Shown here in pieces: positions 22,745-34,473 of a DNA stretch of 64,000 nucleotides. The translations under genes and the position numbers were made by a program. The first letter of the stretch is position 1, and every line of letters starts with the position of its first letter. The stretch lies in contig CM126233.1 of assembly GCA_052327205.1 (NCBI GenBank), forward strand, positions 35,960,001-36,024,000, written 5' to 3'. Origin of the DNA: Somniosus microcephalus (taxonomy: Eukaryota). The notes below the pieces were generated by a model. That model saw only the letters and a program-made list of their open reading frames with translations, had not been told where the DNA came from and did no database searches.

Positions 22745-25697
22745 ATGACAACAGAGAAGGTCATAGACTTAGGTAGCAGTGGGGAAATGAAAAACCAGAG
22801 CGTGTCAGGAAGGGGCAGAAGGTATGGAGTAAAAGGTAAAGTAATAAAAAGGGCAAAAGCAGGAACTAAGTGTCAAAAAACACATTTGAAAGTTCTCTAT
22901 CTGAATGCACATAGCATTCGTAACAAAATAGATGAGTTAATGGCACAAATAGCTACATATGGGTATGATCTTGTGGCCATTACAGAAACATGGCTGCAGG
23001 GTGACAATGCCTGGGAATTAAACATACCAGGTTATTTAACGATCAGGAAGGACAGGCAGGAAGGAAGGGGAGGTGGGGTGGCTATGTTAATAAAGGAAGG
23101 AATCACTGTAATACAGAGAAATGATATTGGGTCAAAAGATCAGGATAATGAAACAGTTTGGGTGGAGATAAGGAATAATAAGGGGAAAAAAACACTAGTG
23201 GGCGTAGTCTATAGGCCTCCGAACAGTTGCAACTCGGTTGGACGGAGTATCAATCAGGAAATAGTTGAGGCTTGTAATAAGGGAGCATCTATAATTATGG
23301 GGGATTTTAACTATCATATTAACTGGACAAATCAAATTGGGCAGGGCTGCCTTGAGGATGAGTTCATTGAGTGTATTAGGGATGGGTTTCTTGAGCAGTA
23401 TGTAACTGAACCGACCAGGGGGCAAGCAACCTTAGATCTGGTCCTGTGTAACGCGACAGGATTAATTAAAAATGTCCTAGTAAAGGATCCCCTTGGAATG
23501 AGTGACCATAACATGGTTGAATTCCATGTTCAATTAGAGGGTGAGGAGGTTGTATCTCAAACAAGCGTGCTAAGCTTGAATAAAGGAGACTATGAAGGTA
23601 TGAGAGCAGAATTGAGCAAAGTGGATTGGGAAAATAGATTAAAGGGTAAGACGATACACGATCAGTGGTGTACATTTAAGGAGTTATTTTACAACTTCCA
23701 AAAAAAGTATATTCCACTGAGAAGAAAAGGGTGTAAAAGAAAAGACAGCCATCCGTGGCTAAGTAAAGAAATTAAGGATAGTATTCGACTAAAAACAAGG
23801 GCATATAAGGTAGCCAAATCTAGTGGGAGGATAGAGGATTGGGAAAACTTTAAAAGACAGCAAAAAATAACAAAAAGATTGATTAGGAAAGGGAAGATAG
23901 ATTATGAAAGTAAATTAGCAAAAAATATAAAAACAGATAGTCAGAGTTTTTATAGTTATATAAAAAGAAAAAGGGTGGCTAAAGTAAATGTTGGTCCCTT
24001 AGAGGATGAGACCGGGAAATTAATGGTGGGAAATATGGAGATGGCAAAAACACTGAATGAATATTTTGTATCAGTCTTTACAGTAGAGGACACCAAGAAT
24101 ATCCCAACACTGGACAAGCAGGGGGCTATGGGGGGGGGAGGAGATAAACACGATCAAAATCACTAAGGAAGTGGTACTCGGTAAAATAATGGGACTCAAG
24201 GCGGATAAATCGCCTGGGCCTGATGGCTTACATCCAAGGGTCTTGAGGGAAGTGGCGGTAGGGATTGTGGATGCATTGGTAATAATCTTCCAAAACTCCC
24301 TGGACTCAGCAAAGGTCCCAGCAGACTGGAAAACTGCTAATGTAACACCCTTATTTAAAAAGGGCAGTAGACAGAAGGCTGGAATCTATAGACCGGTTAG
24401 CCTAACATCTGTGGTAGGTAAAATTTTGGAGTCCATTATTAAGGAGACAGTAACAGGACATTTGGATAATCATAGTTTAATAAGACAAAGTCAGCATGGT
24501 TTTATGAAGGGGAAGTCATGTTTGACAAATTTGCTGGAGTTCTTTGAGGAAGTAACATACAGGGTGGATAAAGGTGAACCAGTGGACGTAGTGTATTTAG
24601 ACTTCCAAAAGGCATTTGACAAGGTGCCACACAAAAGATTATTGCTTAAGATAAAAAATCACGGGATTGGGGGTAATATTCTGGCATGGATAGAGGATTG
24701 GCCATCTAACAGAAGGCAGAGAGTTGGGATAAATGGTTCATTCTCAGACTGGCAATCAGTAACCAGTGGTGTTCCGCAGGGGTCAGTGCTGGGTCCCCAA
24801 CTCTTTACAATCTATATTAACGATTTGGAGGAGGGGACCGAGTGTAACATATCAAAGTTTGCAGATGATACTAAGATGGGAGGGAAAGTAGTGAGAGAGG
24901 AGGACATAAAAAACCTGCAAGGGGACATAGACAGGCTAAGTAAGTGGGCAGAGACTTGGCAGATGGAATACAATACTGGAAAGTGTGAGGTTATGCACTT
25001 TGGCAGGAAAAATTGTAGAGCAAGTTATTATCTTAATGGCAAGGAACTGGAAAGTACTGAAGTACAAAGGGATCTGGGGGTCCTGGTGCACGAAACTCAA
25101 AAGGTTAGTATGCAGGTGCAGCAAGTGATTAAGAAGGCCAATGGAATGTTGGCTTTCATTGCTAGGGGGATAGAATATAAAAATAGGGAGGTATTGCTTC
25201 AGTTGTACAAGGTATTGGTGAGACCGCACCTGGAATACTGCATACAGTTTTGGTGTCCATACTTAAGAAAAGACATACTTGCTCTCGAGTCAGTACAAAG
25301 AAGGTTCACTCGGTTAATCCCGGGGATGAGGGGATGGACATATGAGGAGAGGTTGAGTAGATTGGGACTCTACTCATTGGAGTTCAGAAGAATGAGAGGC
25401 GATCTTATTGAAACATATAAGATTGTGAAGGGGTTGGATCGGGTGGATGCGGGGAGGATGTTCCAGATGATGGGTGAAACTAGAACTAGGGGGCATAGTC
25501 TTAGAATAAGGGGCTGCTCTTTCAAAACTGAGATGAGGAGGAACTACTTCACTCAGAGGGTGGTAGGTCCATGGAATATGCTGCCCCAAAAAGCTGTAGA
25601 AGCTACATCATTACATAAATTTAAAACAGAAATAGACAGTTTCCCAGAAGAAAAGGGAATTAAGGGTTACGGGGAGCAGGCAGGAATTTGGACATGA
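22745..25697 (+). pseudogene. CR1 ORF2 (APE endonuclease plus reverse transcriptase), one frameshift
   Basis: YLNAHS / ITETW / GDFN / SDH endonuclease motifs; LDFQKAFD, GVPQGSVLGP, FADD RT motifs; frameshift at G-run 24130-24138. Confidence 0.93.
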
Positions 25698-26675
25698 GTC
25701 TAGGTGCGGATCGGTCATGGCCCTGTGGGTAGCGGAGCGGGCCCATGGGCCGTGTAGCCTGATCCTGCTCCTGTTTCGTGTGTCTAATTCTGTTAGATTC
25801 AGGAGATAGTCTTGTCATAGTGGATTGGCGGTTAGGATCAGATCAGCCATGATCTTATTGAATGGCGGAGCAGGCTCGAGGGGCCAATTGGCCTGCTCCT
25901 GCTCCTATTTCTTATGTTCTTATGGTGAACCTGTGGAATTCTCTACCACAGAAGGCAGTTGAGGCCAATTCATTAAATATATTCAAGAAGGAGTTAGATA
26001 TATTTCTTAAGGCTAAAGGGATCAAGGGATATGGGGAGAAAGCAGGGACAGGGTACTGAGTTTGGATGATCAGCCATGATCTGATTGAATGGCGGAGCAG
26101 GCTCGAGGGGCCGAATGGCCGACTCCTGCTCCTATCTTCTAGGTTTCTAGAAAAAGCCTTTGTGTATCATCCACCGCTTTTCACCTCCTCCTCGACTGGT
26201 TCACAGTCTACGGAGCCCGTTAACTGGCGCTGTACGAGTAGTTAATACAGCTGCACTTTTTGCCTCTGCCCCTGTCGCTCTCCTCTCTCTGGCTGTTTAT
26301 TAATTGCTCCTGCACTGGTGCAGTCAGCAGCCGTATCATAAAAAACCAGACAGATCGATTGAACCGGCTGGGGCTCTTTTCTCTAGAGGTTTGATAGGGT
26401 AGACGTAGAGAAGATGCTTCATAGAAACATAGAAGATAGGAGCAGGAGTAGGCCATTCGGCCCCTCGAGCCTGCTCCGCCATTCAATGCGATCATGGCTG
26501 ATCGTCCAAACTCAGTACCCTGTCCCTGCCTTCTCCCCAAATCCACTTCCACTTGCGGGAGAGACCAGAACTGGGGGGCCATAAATCCAATCGGGAATTC
26601 AGGAGAAACTTCTTTACCCAGCGAGTGGTTAGAACGGGGAACTCACAGTATCACAAATATCAGAACCCAGCTCAC

Positions 26676-26770
26676 CTGCGGCACTGCTTTGCCAGTTTGC
26701 AAGTCGACCCTTCGGCAAACTGCTTCATGCTGCAGTCCGTTCCACCTGCAGACCCCACCTTGCACAGACC
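26676..26770 (-). CDS. unc45a: UNC45A exon 11
   Basis: ctcag|GGT CTG...AG|gtgagc; [31 protein letters not shown]. Confidence 0.96.
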
Positions 26771-27447
26771 CTGAGAACAGGAAACAGATCAAAGGGTGGG
26801 GTTACACCGCACGGGCTCGACATCCACAACAGAAAGCAGGGCAGTAAAAGTTTGTACAGCATTTATGGGATGGTGAGGGTAGGAATCAAAGTGTCCTCTA
26901 TGTAGAAAAGCTCAGTAAGGTTTATAACAGTCCCTTTAATAATCAGATAGGTCAAAGGAGAAGGGAAGTCTCGGGGTTGAGGCAGTACTTTAAGTGTTTC
27001 CTCAACATCTTTTAAAAAAGTATTATTTCCTACCAAGTTTGTCCCCTCCACTCATGATGGTGCTGGTACAGCATCTAGACCGGGTAGCCTTTATTCATGC
27101 GTGAACCTAGACACTGAGTCCTGGCAGTTATTCAACTACAAGGGGCATCGCAGACAAATCCAGAGATGTGCATGTTTCAGCAGTGGGTGCTGTAACACGT
27201 ACCTGAGCAGCAACCCTGGCCCAATCTACCCCTCCCTAATCCAGGAGCACTGAGGCACCTTTCCTACCACCCGGGCAGAGCTTAGCGAACTCATCGCAGA
27301 CTGGGAGTCAGAGCTGTGACCTACTGGGCCCATGCAGCTCGGTTACTCACCGGACCACTAACTCAGCAAGCCAGCAGGAGGAAGCGGGGGAGGACCCCTC
27401 GCCGGGTCTCCCTGTCTCCAGGCCGCATTGGGAAGTGGAAATGAAAC

Positions 27448-27887
27448 GAGATTGGGCCTGTACTCTCTAGAGTTTAGAAGAATGAGAGGTGATCTCATTG
27501 AAACATATGAGATTCTGAGGGGGGATTGACAGGGTAGATGCTGAGAGGTTGTTTCCCCCTGGCTGGAGAGTCTAGAACTAGGGGTCATAGTCTCAGGATA
27601 AGGGGTCGGCCATTTAAGACTAAGATGAGGAGGAATTTCTTCACTCAGAGGGTTGTGAATCTTTGGAATTCTCTACCCCAGAGGGCTGTGGATGCTGAAT
27701 CGTTGAGTATATTCAAGGCCGAGATCGATAGATTTTTGGACTCTAGGGGAATCAAGGGATATGGGGATAGTGCGGGAAAGTGGAGTCGGAGTCGAAGTCG
27801 AAGATCAGCCATGATCTGATTGAATGGCGGAGCAGGCTCGAGGGGCCGAATGGCCTACTCCTGCTCCTAATTCTCATGTTCTTATGA
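27448..27887 (+). mobile_element. CR1 LINE 3' fragment
   Basis: RLGLYSLEFRRMRGDLIETY...RRNFFTQRVVNLWNSLP plus tail. Confidence 0.85.
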
Positions 27888-27976
27888 GATGGGCCAAATA
27901 GCTGTCCGTAGACCTTTTGCAAAGTTTGCCGACCGCTTCCCCAAGCTTTCATCTGATGAAGCAGCCAATAACCTAC

Positions 27977-28277
27977 CACCAGGGCCCGAATCTTGATCTG
28001 ATCACTCTCATTGTGCTTGTAGATGTCCTTCAGCAGGGTCACCCCGTTGGCAGTGATAAACGAGGCCCGCTTCGATTTGCCTGCCGCGTGGATCAACGCT
28101 TCCACGGCAACCAGCTGGTCGATCTCCCGCTCGGAGCTGCACAGCGCGATCATGCACTCCAAGATCCCGCTCATCTCAAGCACCCGGTTTCCAATCTCCG
28201 AGGGTCCCTGCAGCAGGGTGGACACGGTCTGGATGGCCTGCAGCTTCCCGTCCATCCCCGGAGACTCAAAGCGGCCC
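27977..28277 (-). CDS. unc45a: UNC45A exon 10
   Basis: cacag|G GGC CGC...GTG|gtaggt; [16 protein letters not shown]...[23 protein letters not shown]...IKIRALV. Confidence 0.96.
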
Positions 28278-28574
28278 CTGTGCAGAAGAAATTTCACCTA
28301 GTTTTTTTTTTTTTTAAATTACATTATTCCTCAATTTCTGCTTTGTTCCAAGGCAGGACCCCCTGGTGCGTGAGGTTCGACTCCCCCCGCCCCCCCACCC
28401 ACCCGGGCACCTTGGTCCTGCCCCTCACCCCAGGCTCCTCGGAACCTCCAGAGCTTAGGGCCTGGGCAGCTGAAGGCACGGCTGCCAACGGTGAAGTGAA
28501 GGAAATAGTGGGTGCGCAAGAGGCCAGAATTGGAGGAGCGCAGAAATCTTGGTGGGTTGTAGGGCTGGAGGAGA

Positions 28575-29032
28575 TAGAAACATAGAAACATAGAAGATAG
28601 GAGCAGGAGTAGGCCATTCGGCCCCTCGAGCCTGCTCCGCCATTCAATGAGATCATGGCTGATCATCCAAATTCAGTACCCTGTCCCTGCTTTCTCCCCA
28701 TATCCCTTGATCCTTTTAGCCTCAAGAAATATATCTAACTCCATCTTGAATATATTTAATGTATTGGCCTCCACTGCCTTCTGTGGTAGAGAATTCCACA
28801 GGTTCACCACTCTCTGGGTGAAGAAATTCCTCCTCATCTCTGTCCTAAATGGCTTACACCTTATCCTTAGACTGTGACCCCTGGTTCTGGACTCCCCGGC
28901 CATCGGGAACATCCTTCCTGCATCTAGTCTGTCTAGTCCTGTTAGAATTTTATAAGTTTCAATGAGATCCCCTCTCATTCTTCTAAACTCCAGCGAGTAC
29001 AAGCCCAATCGACCCAATCTCTCCTCATACGT
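28575..29032 (-). mobile_element. CR1 3' fragment inserted into an L2-like fragment (28450-29080), apparent TSD AGAT
   Basis: CR1 RT C-terminus and tail; host GGCTGGAGG-AGAT|...|AGAT-TACAGAG rejoins across it. Confidence 0.85.
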
Positions 29033-29342
29033 AGATTACAGAGCTAGGGAGAGGACGAGGCCATGGAGGGATTTAAATACTGGGACGAGTGTTCGACTGT
29101 GAGGGCCGAGCCCAATAATTAGACACACTTCTCTTCTAGCAGGAGTCACCGGGTACAGCTCGGGAGTGGGAACTGTGGCTGATTTTTCTCTTCCATGAAC
29201 AGGGGCTAAGTACTAAGCGCAATTGTTGTGTGCACACTGCGGCTCCAGCTAAGATCAGCCAACTCGGCACAGGCCAGGGATTGCAACTTGGACCTTCTGG
29301 TCTCATTAGCATTCATCTGTCATTCACATTCCAGCTCCCTAC

Positions 29343-29514
29343 CGGACGTAGTCCTCACAGAGTTTGTGAAAGGCTTCTCGCTCTGCATCACATTTGAGAT
29401 CGTCGTAGAGTTTGTTCAGCAGCACCGACACGCTCATCCGACCACTGTCCGTTATGGGAAGGCTGTTGGGAACTTCCGACACCACCCCGGCCACTTCTAG
29501 AATCTTCTTCATTC
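29343..29514 (-). CDS. unc45a: UNC45A exon 9
   Basis: gtcag|GA ATG AAG...CG|gtaggg; [10 protein letters not shown]...[26 protein letters not shown]. Confidence 0.96.
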
Positions 29515-29594
29515 CTGACCGGCACAGACAGACGACAATTAGATATTTTTATTATTAACTTCATCTCGCCTGATCAACATAAGAGGTCGGCCAT

Positions 29595-29940
29595 TTTGGA
29601 CTGAAATGAGGGAGAAATTTCTTCACTCAGAGGGTGGTGAATCTTTGGAATCCTCTACCCCAGAGGGCTGTGGCGGCTCAGTCGTTGAGTATATTCAAAA
29701 CAGAGATCAATAGATTTTTGGACTCTAGGGGAATCAAGGGATATGGGGATCGGGCGGGAACGTGGAGTGGAGGTCGATGATCAGCCATGATCTTATTGAA
29801 TGGCGGAGCAGGCTCGAGGGGCCAAATGGTCTACTCCTGCTCCTATTTCCTTTGTTATGTTCTTCTGGGAGGAGGCTTGTGTGGAGTACAAACACCAGCA
29901 TAGACCTGTTGGGCCGCAAGTCCTGTTTCTGTGCTGTGTG
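29595..29940 (+). mobile_element. CR1 3' fragment(s)
   Basis: TTCTTCACTCAGAGGGTGGTGAATCTTTGGAA plus CR1 3' UTR. Confidence 0.75.
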
Positions 29941-30499
29941 ACTGAATTATACAGCAATCACTGTGAAACCAAACCATCCGGAATCCAAACCAGCGTGAAA
30001 TGCACCCCCGCCCGAGGGCCTCTCCCACCCCTTAGCTCTAGTGCATCTGGGAGTGATTTCAGAACACTGAGTTTATGCCCACCTAAAACCGCAGTCAATC
30101 AATGTAAAGGTGGCTGAATAACCACACCCAGAGTTTGTGTGCAAGAGAGACACAAAGACAGGCAGCCCCTGACCTCGTAGGCAGTAACAGGGAATTTCCC
30201 AAAGCACTCACACCTCGTCTGGATTTGGACGGGTATTAGAAATGGGTCATCAGACTAGACCAGTTCCTGTGAAGGCTAGATGATGCCAGATCAGTAAATT
30301 CTATCTTACCACGGCCAGATTTACAGCATTCACAAGTTTCCTCTAGTCTTACATACTGCACTCAGCAGTTCTGCTCCCCGCCAGCCCCATAACTTCAATA
30401 AATCTCTCTATAGTGTATTTTTATTATAGCAATAGGACAGGCGTCTCCACAAGCTGAGCCCAGATAGGCAGGCCCTCAAAGCCCAGGTAGTTCAATTTT

Positions 30500-30603
30500 A
30501 TTCGGACGAAAGATCATCGACCTGAAACGTTAACTCTGTTTCTCTCTCCACAGATGCCACCTGACCTGCTGAGTGTTTCCAGCATTTTCTGTTTTTATTT
30601 CAG
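30500..30603 (+). mobile_element. Penelope terminal-repeat fragment, hammerhead core mutated
   Basis: CGGACGA instead of CTGACGA, then GATCatcGACCT-GAAACGTTAACT. Confidence 0.7.
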
Positions 30604-30836
30604 TTCTATTCCCACTGATTTTAACCAGTTTGTGTCTCATGTAGCTGGAGGTTTGTAAAGAAATGCTCTTAACATTGTTGCTGGGTTGGTAAATAATTCT
30701 AAATCAGAACACCAGGCTCTGTCCATGTCCGTGGCTCGAGATAGCTGGGAATTAACAGCAGCTTTGTATTGGAACAGCGGCTCATCAGACACACATAAAA
30801 CCATGCAGTCACCTAGCTCCTTCAGCTCTGCCTTAC

Positions 30837-31007
30837 CCTGATCGATTACCCAGATCGTCATGGAGTTGTTGGGGTCCCGCAAGGATTTCCGTGGAACGTT
30901 CTTAATCAGGAGGTTTATGGAATTGTCTCGGCCGTGGGTGGAAACCTGCCGCTGAATCAACATCTCCATCAGCTGGTAGACCATCATCTTCAGCTCTTTC
31001 ATGGAAT
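30837..31007 (-). CDS. unc45a: UNC45A exon 8
   Basis: tttag|AT TCC ATG...CAG G|gtaagg; DSMKELK...GRDNSINLLIKNVPRKSLRDPNNSMTIWVIDQ. Confidence 0.96.
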
Positions 31008-31114
31008 CTAAAGACCAGCAAACAATGGTTAGTTATCTGAACACGAGGCTTAGTTAACCTTTTATTATACAGGAGAACTGGAGTATTTTAAGCAGCTGCC
31101 ACCCTCCATAAACC

Positions 31115-31583
31115 TCAGCTCATCCAAAGCTCGTATTCTCCTAACTCACACCGAGTCCCGTTCACCCATCACGCCCTGCGCTCGCTGACCCACACTGGCT
31201 CTCGGTCCGGCAACGCCTCGATTTTAAAATTCTCACCCTTGTTTTCAAATCCCTCCCTATCTCTATAACCTCCTCCAGCCCGACAACCCTCGGAAATCTC
31301 CGCGCTGCTCCAATTATGCGCATCCCCGATTTTAATCGCTCCACCATCGGCGGCCGTGCCTTCAGCTGCCTTGAACCTAAGCTCTGGAATTCCCTCCCTA
31401 AACCTCTCCGCCTCTCTCTCCTCCTCCAAGATACTCCTTAAAACCTAACTCATGGCGACCAAACTTTTGGTCACCTAGCCTATTGCATGTGGCTCGGTGT
31501 CAAATTTTGTTTGATAATCGCTCCTGTGAACTGCCTTGGGATGTTTTACTACATTAAAGGGGGCTATATAAATGCAAGTTGTT
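31115..31583 (+). mobile_element. L2-like LINE 3' fragment
   Basis: PITPCARXPTLA/HWL-type end, GGRAFS..LWNSLP, tail GCTATATAAATGCAAGTTGTT. Confidence 0.8.
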
Positions 31584-31779
31584 CAAATCTTCCCACGTGT
31601 GGACCCCTATAAAATACCAACGCACTCTCGGGGACCCCCTTGCAAAAGACAATGCCAATTACCTAAAAAAAAACAGTACTTTTATTGCAGAAACCAGTTA
31701 GTGACAGTGAAACTCCCGTTATAAAGGACAGGAAATCATTCCCACACACAGTTACAACACTATTATATTTATCACTCAC

Positions 31780-31948
31780 CCAGAACCACTGCTTCCTCTT
31801 TCCCTCGAATGTCACTTTTTATTCCACCTTTCAGTGCATCGAAGATGCCTTGCAGGACATTGCATGCTGCCAGGGAAACCTGCTCCTCATCACTGCCCAT
31901 CACATGGCAGAACCTGTCCATTCCTATTGTATGCAAAATCACCATCGC
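31780..31948 (-). CDS. unc45a: UNC45A exon 7
   Basis: tgtag|GCG ATG...CTG G|gtgagt; AMVILHTIG...QVSLAACNVLQGIFDALK...RGKEEAVVL. Confidence 0.95.
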
Positions 31949-32339
31949 CTACAAACACAAATCAAAGCTTTAAACACAGGCTTTTAGATAAACAGCGAGG
32001 CATTTTATAAATGCAAGCCCTTTCTTTCGTTCTATACCAAAAGGTAGCGATCCGCCTTAAACTGGATACACTCCAGATGACGGACAAGTATCATTTGCTA
32101 GAGAACCGCTGGTGGGTGATTGAAAGATGCGTAGCGAGCTAAAACAGGGGAAATAAAAGTTATAAATTTATATATTAAAAATCTTTCAGAGCGCCCACTT
32201 CCTATCCACAGACCTTACTTCCTGTGGTCAAATTTTATCTGATAACAATCTTGGGACATTTTTCTACATTAAATCGCTATATATATAAGTTGTTGTTGGT
32301 CACGATTCTTCATATCAACATTTCCCATTCAATTTTGCT

Positions 32340-32832
32340 ATGTCAACTCTGGCTGGCCTCCCACATTGTACCCTCCAGAAACCCTGAGGATATCCAAAAC
32401 TCGCACCAAGTCCCGTTCACCCATCACCCCAGTGCTCGCTGACCTACACTGGCTCCCAGTTCAGCAAATTTTCAAATCCCTCCACGGCCTCGCCTCTCCC
32501 TATCTCTGTAATCTCCTCCAGCCCCTCCCACGCCGAGATATCTGCCCTCTTGAGCATCACTGATTATAATTGCTCCACCATTGGTGGCCGTGCCTTCTGT
32601 TGCCTGGGCCCTTAACTCTGGAATTCCCTCCCTAAACCTCTCCGCCTCGCTACCTCTCTCTCCTCCTTTAAGACGCTCCTTAAAACCTACCTCTTTGACC
32701 AAGCTTTTGGTCATCTGCCCTAATTTATCCTTATGTGGCTCGGTGTCAAATTTTGTCTTATAATACTCCTGTGCAGCGCCTTGGGACGTTTTACTACGTT
32801 ATGGGTGCTATATAAATACAAGTTGTTGTTGT
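32340..32832 (+). mobile_element. L2-like LINE 3' fragment
   Basis: SPITPVLADLHWLPVQQ; same tail as the 31115-31583 copy. Confidence 0.8.
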
Positions 32833-33000
32833 CAAGATGTAACTGGGAGTTTCTGGCCACTAGGTGGCTCTGCGGAGCGAGATTCCAAATTCTCAAACAG
32901 AGGCAGGATTACATTAACTTAACCGTGGGCAACGTCACAGACAATTTATTTAAAAAGGAGATTTTTTTTTTTCCTTCCAATCTTTCTCGGCCTGACTAAC

Positions 33001-33168
33001 CCGGGACTGGTGGCCTGAACACAATCCCACGAGAGTCCGCAGCGAAGCCAGCATGATGTCCACATTCCCGGTGTCCAGCATCTTCTGGAGGAGACGCACT
33101 CCATCGCTGCGAAAAATCCTTTCGGCCCCTGCGTCTTCCCGAGCAAGAACAATCAGATTCTGGACAGC
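33001..33168 (-). CDS. unc45a: UNC45A exon 6
   Basis: tgcag|GCT GTC...CGG|gttagt; [24 protein letters not shown]...[14 protein letters not shown]. Confidence 0.96.
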
Positions 33169-33204
33169 CTGCAGGGCAAGGAAAACATTAAAAACCATTG
33201 TAAC

Positions 33205-34473
33205 AACAGGAAACGCTGGAGAAACTCAGCAGGCCAGGCAGCATCAGTGGAGAGAGAAACAGAGTTAATGTTTCAGGCCGAAGACCCCTTCGTCAGAACT
33301 GGAAAAAAGCAGGAAATGGAAAGCAAGTTTAGGGGCTGGGAAAAGGGGGAGGGGATGAAAGAACAGAAGGGAAGGTCAGTGATAGGATAGAAAGCAGGAG
33401 AGATTGAGAGACATTAAGAGATATTCAAGGCAAGGGGCGGTGGTAATGGGACAAGTTAAGGAAGGGGTGTGAATTGCACTGGCAGAATGAAGGACAGCTG
33501 CCCTGTGGGAGGGAAGAAAAAAAGGCCAAACAAAGTGTGGATAAAAAAAAGAAAATATATATATATGTGATAGGGAGCCAAGGTTATGATCTGAAATTGT
33601 TGAACTCGATGTTGAGTCCAGAAGGCTGTAAAGTGCCTAATCGAAAGATGAGGTGCTGTTCCTCGAGCTTACGTTGAGCTTCATTGGAACAATACAAGAG
33701 GCCGAGGGCGGTGAGGTCCGAGTGGGAATGGAGCGGTGAATTAAAGTGACAGGCCTCCAGGAGCTCAGGGTCCCCCTTACGGACTGAACGGAGGTGTTCC
33801 GCAAAGCGGTCACCCAATCTGCGTTTGGTCTCCCCAATGTAGAGGAGACCGCATCGTGAGCAGCGAATACAGTATACTAAATTGCAAGAAGTACAAGTAA
33901 ATTGCTGTTTCACCTGGAAGGGGTGTTTGGGGCCCTGGACAGTGGGAAGGGGGGAGGTATAAGGGCATGTGTTGCATCTCCTGCGTTTGCACGGGAAGGT
34001 GCCGGGTGAAGGGGGTGGTAGAGGAGTGGACTAGGGTGTCGCGGAGGGAGCGGTCCCTACGGAATGCTGAAAGGGGAGGTGAGGGGAAGATGCGTTTGGT
34101 GGTGGGATCTCACTGGAGGTGGCGGAAATGGCGGAGGATGATCTGTTGAATGTGGAGGCTGGTGGGGTGAAAGGTAAGGACAAGGGGAACCCTATCGTGG
34201 TTCTGGGAGAGAGGGGAAGGGGTGAGAGCAGAAGTGCGGGAGATAGAACGGACACGGTCGAGGGCCGTGTCAACCACAGTAGAGGGGAATCCTCGGTTGA
34301 GGAAAAAGGAAGACATGTCGGAAGCACTGGTGTGGAAGGTGGCATCGTCGGAGCAGATACGGCGGAGGCGGAGAAACTGGGAGAATGGAATAGAGTCCTT
34401 ACAGGAGGCGGGGTGGGAGGAAGTGTAGTCCAGGTAGCTGTGGGAGTCAGTGGGCTTGTAGTGGATGTTAGTC
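33205..34473 (-). mobile_element. 5'-truncated Penelope-like retroelement (RT C-terminus, GIY-YIG endonuclease, 3' terminal repeat with hammerhead motif)
   Basis: YKPTDSHSYLDYTSSHP...SQFLRLRRICS; NLVYCIRCSRCGLLYIGETKRRLGDRFAEH; hammerhead motif at 33263-33300. Confidence 0.92.

Larger units (their letters stand above)
21124..25922 (+). mobile_element. Near full-length CR1 LINE (5' monomer array, ORF1, ORF2, TTCTTATG tail)
   Basis: Complete architecture visible; see ORF entries. Confidence 0.93.
20367..26148 (+). mobile_element. 5'-truncated CR1 LINE (host), split into 20367-~21126 and ~25923-26148 by a nested CR1
   Basis: RT segment SKFADDTKLGG...RRNFFT breaks at ~21126 and resumes as VNLWNSLPQKAVEA at ~25923. 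Confidence 0.9.
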
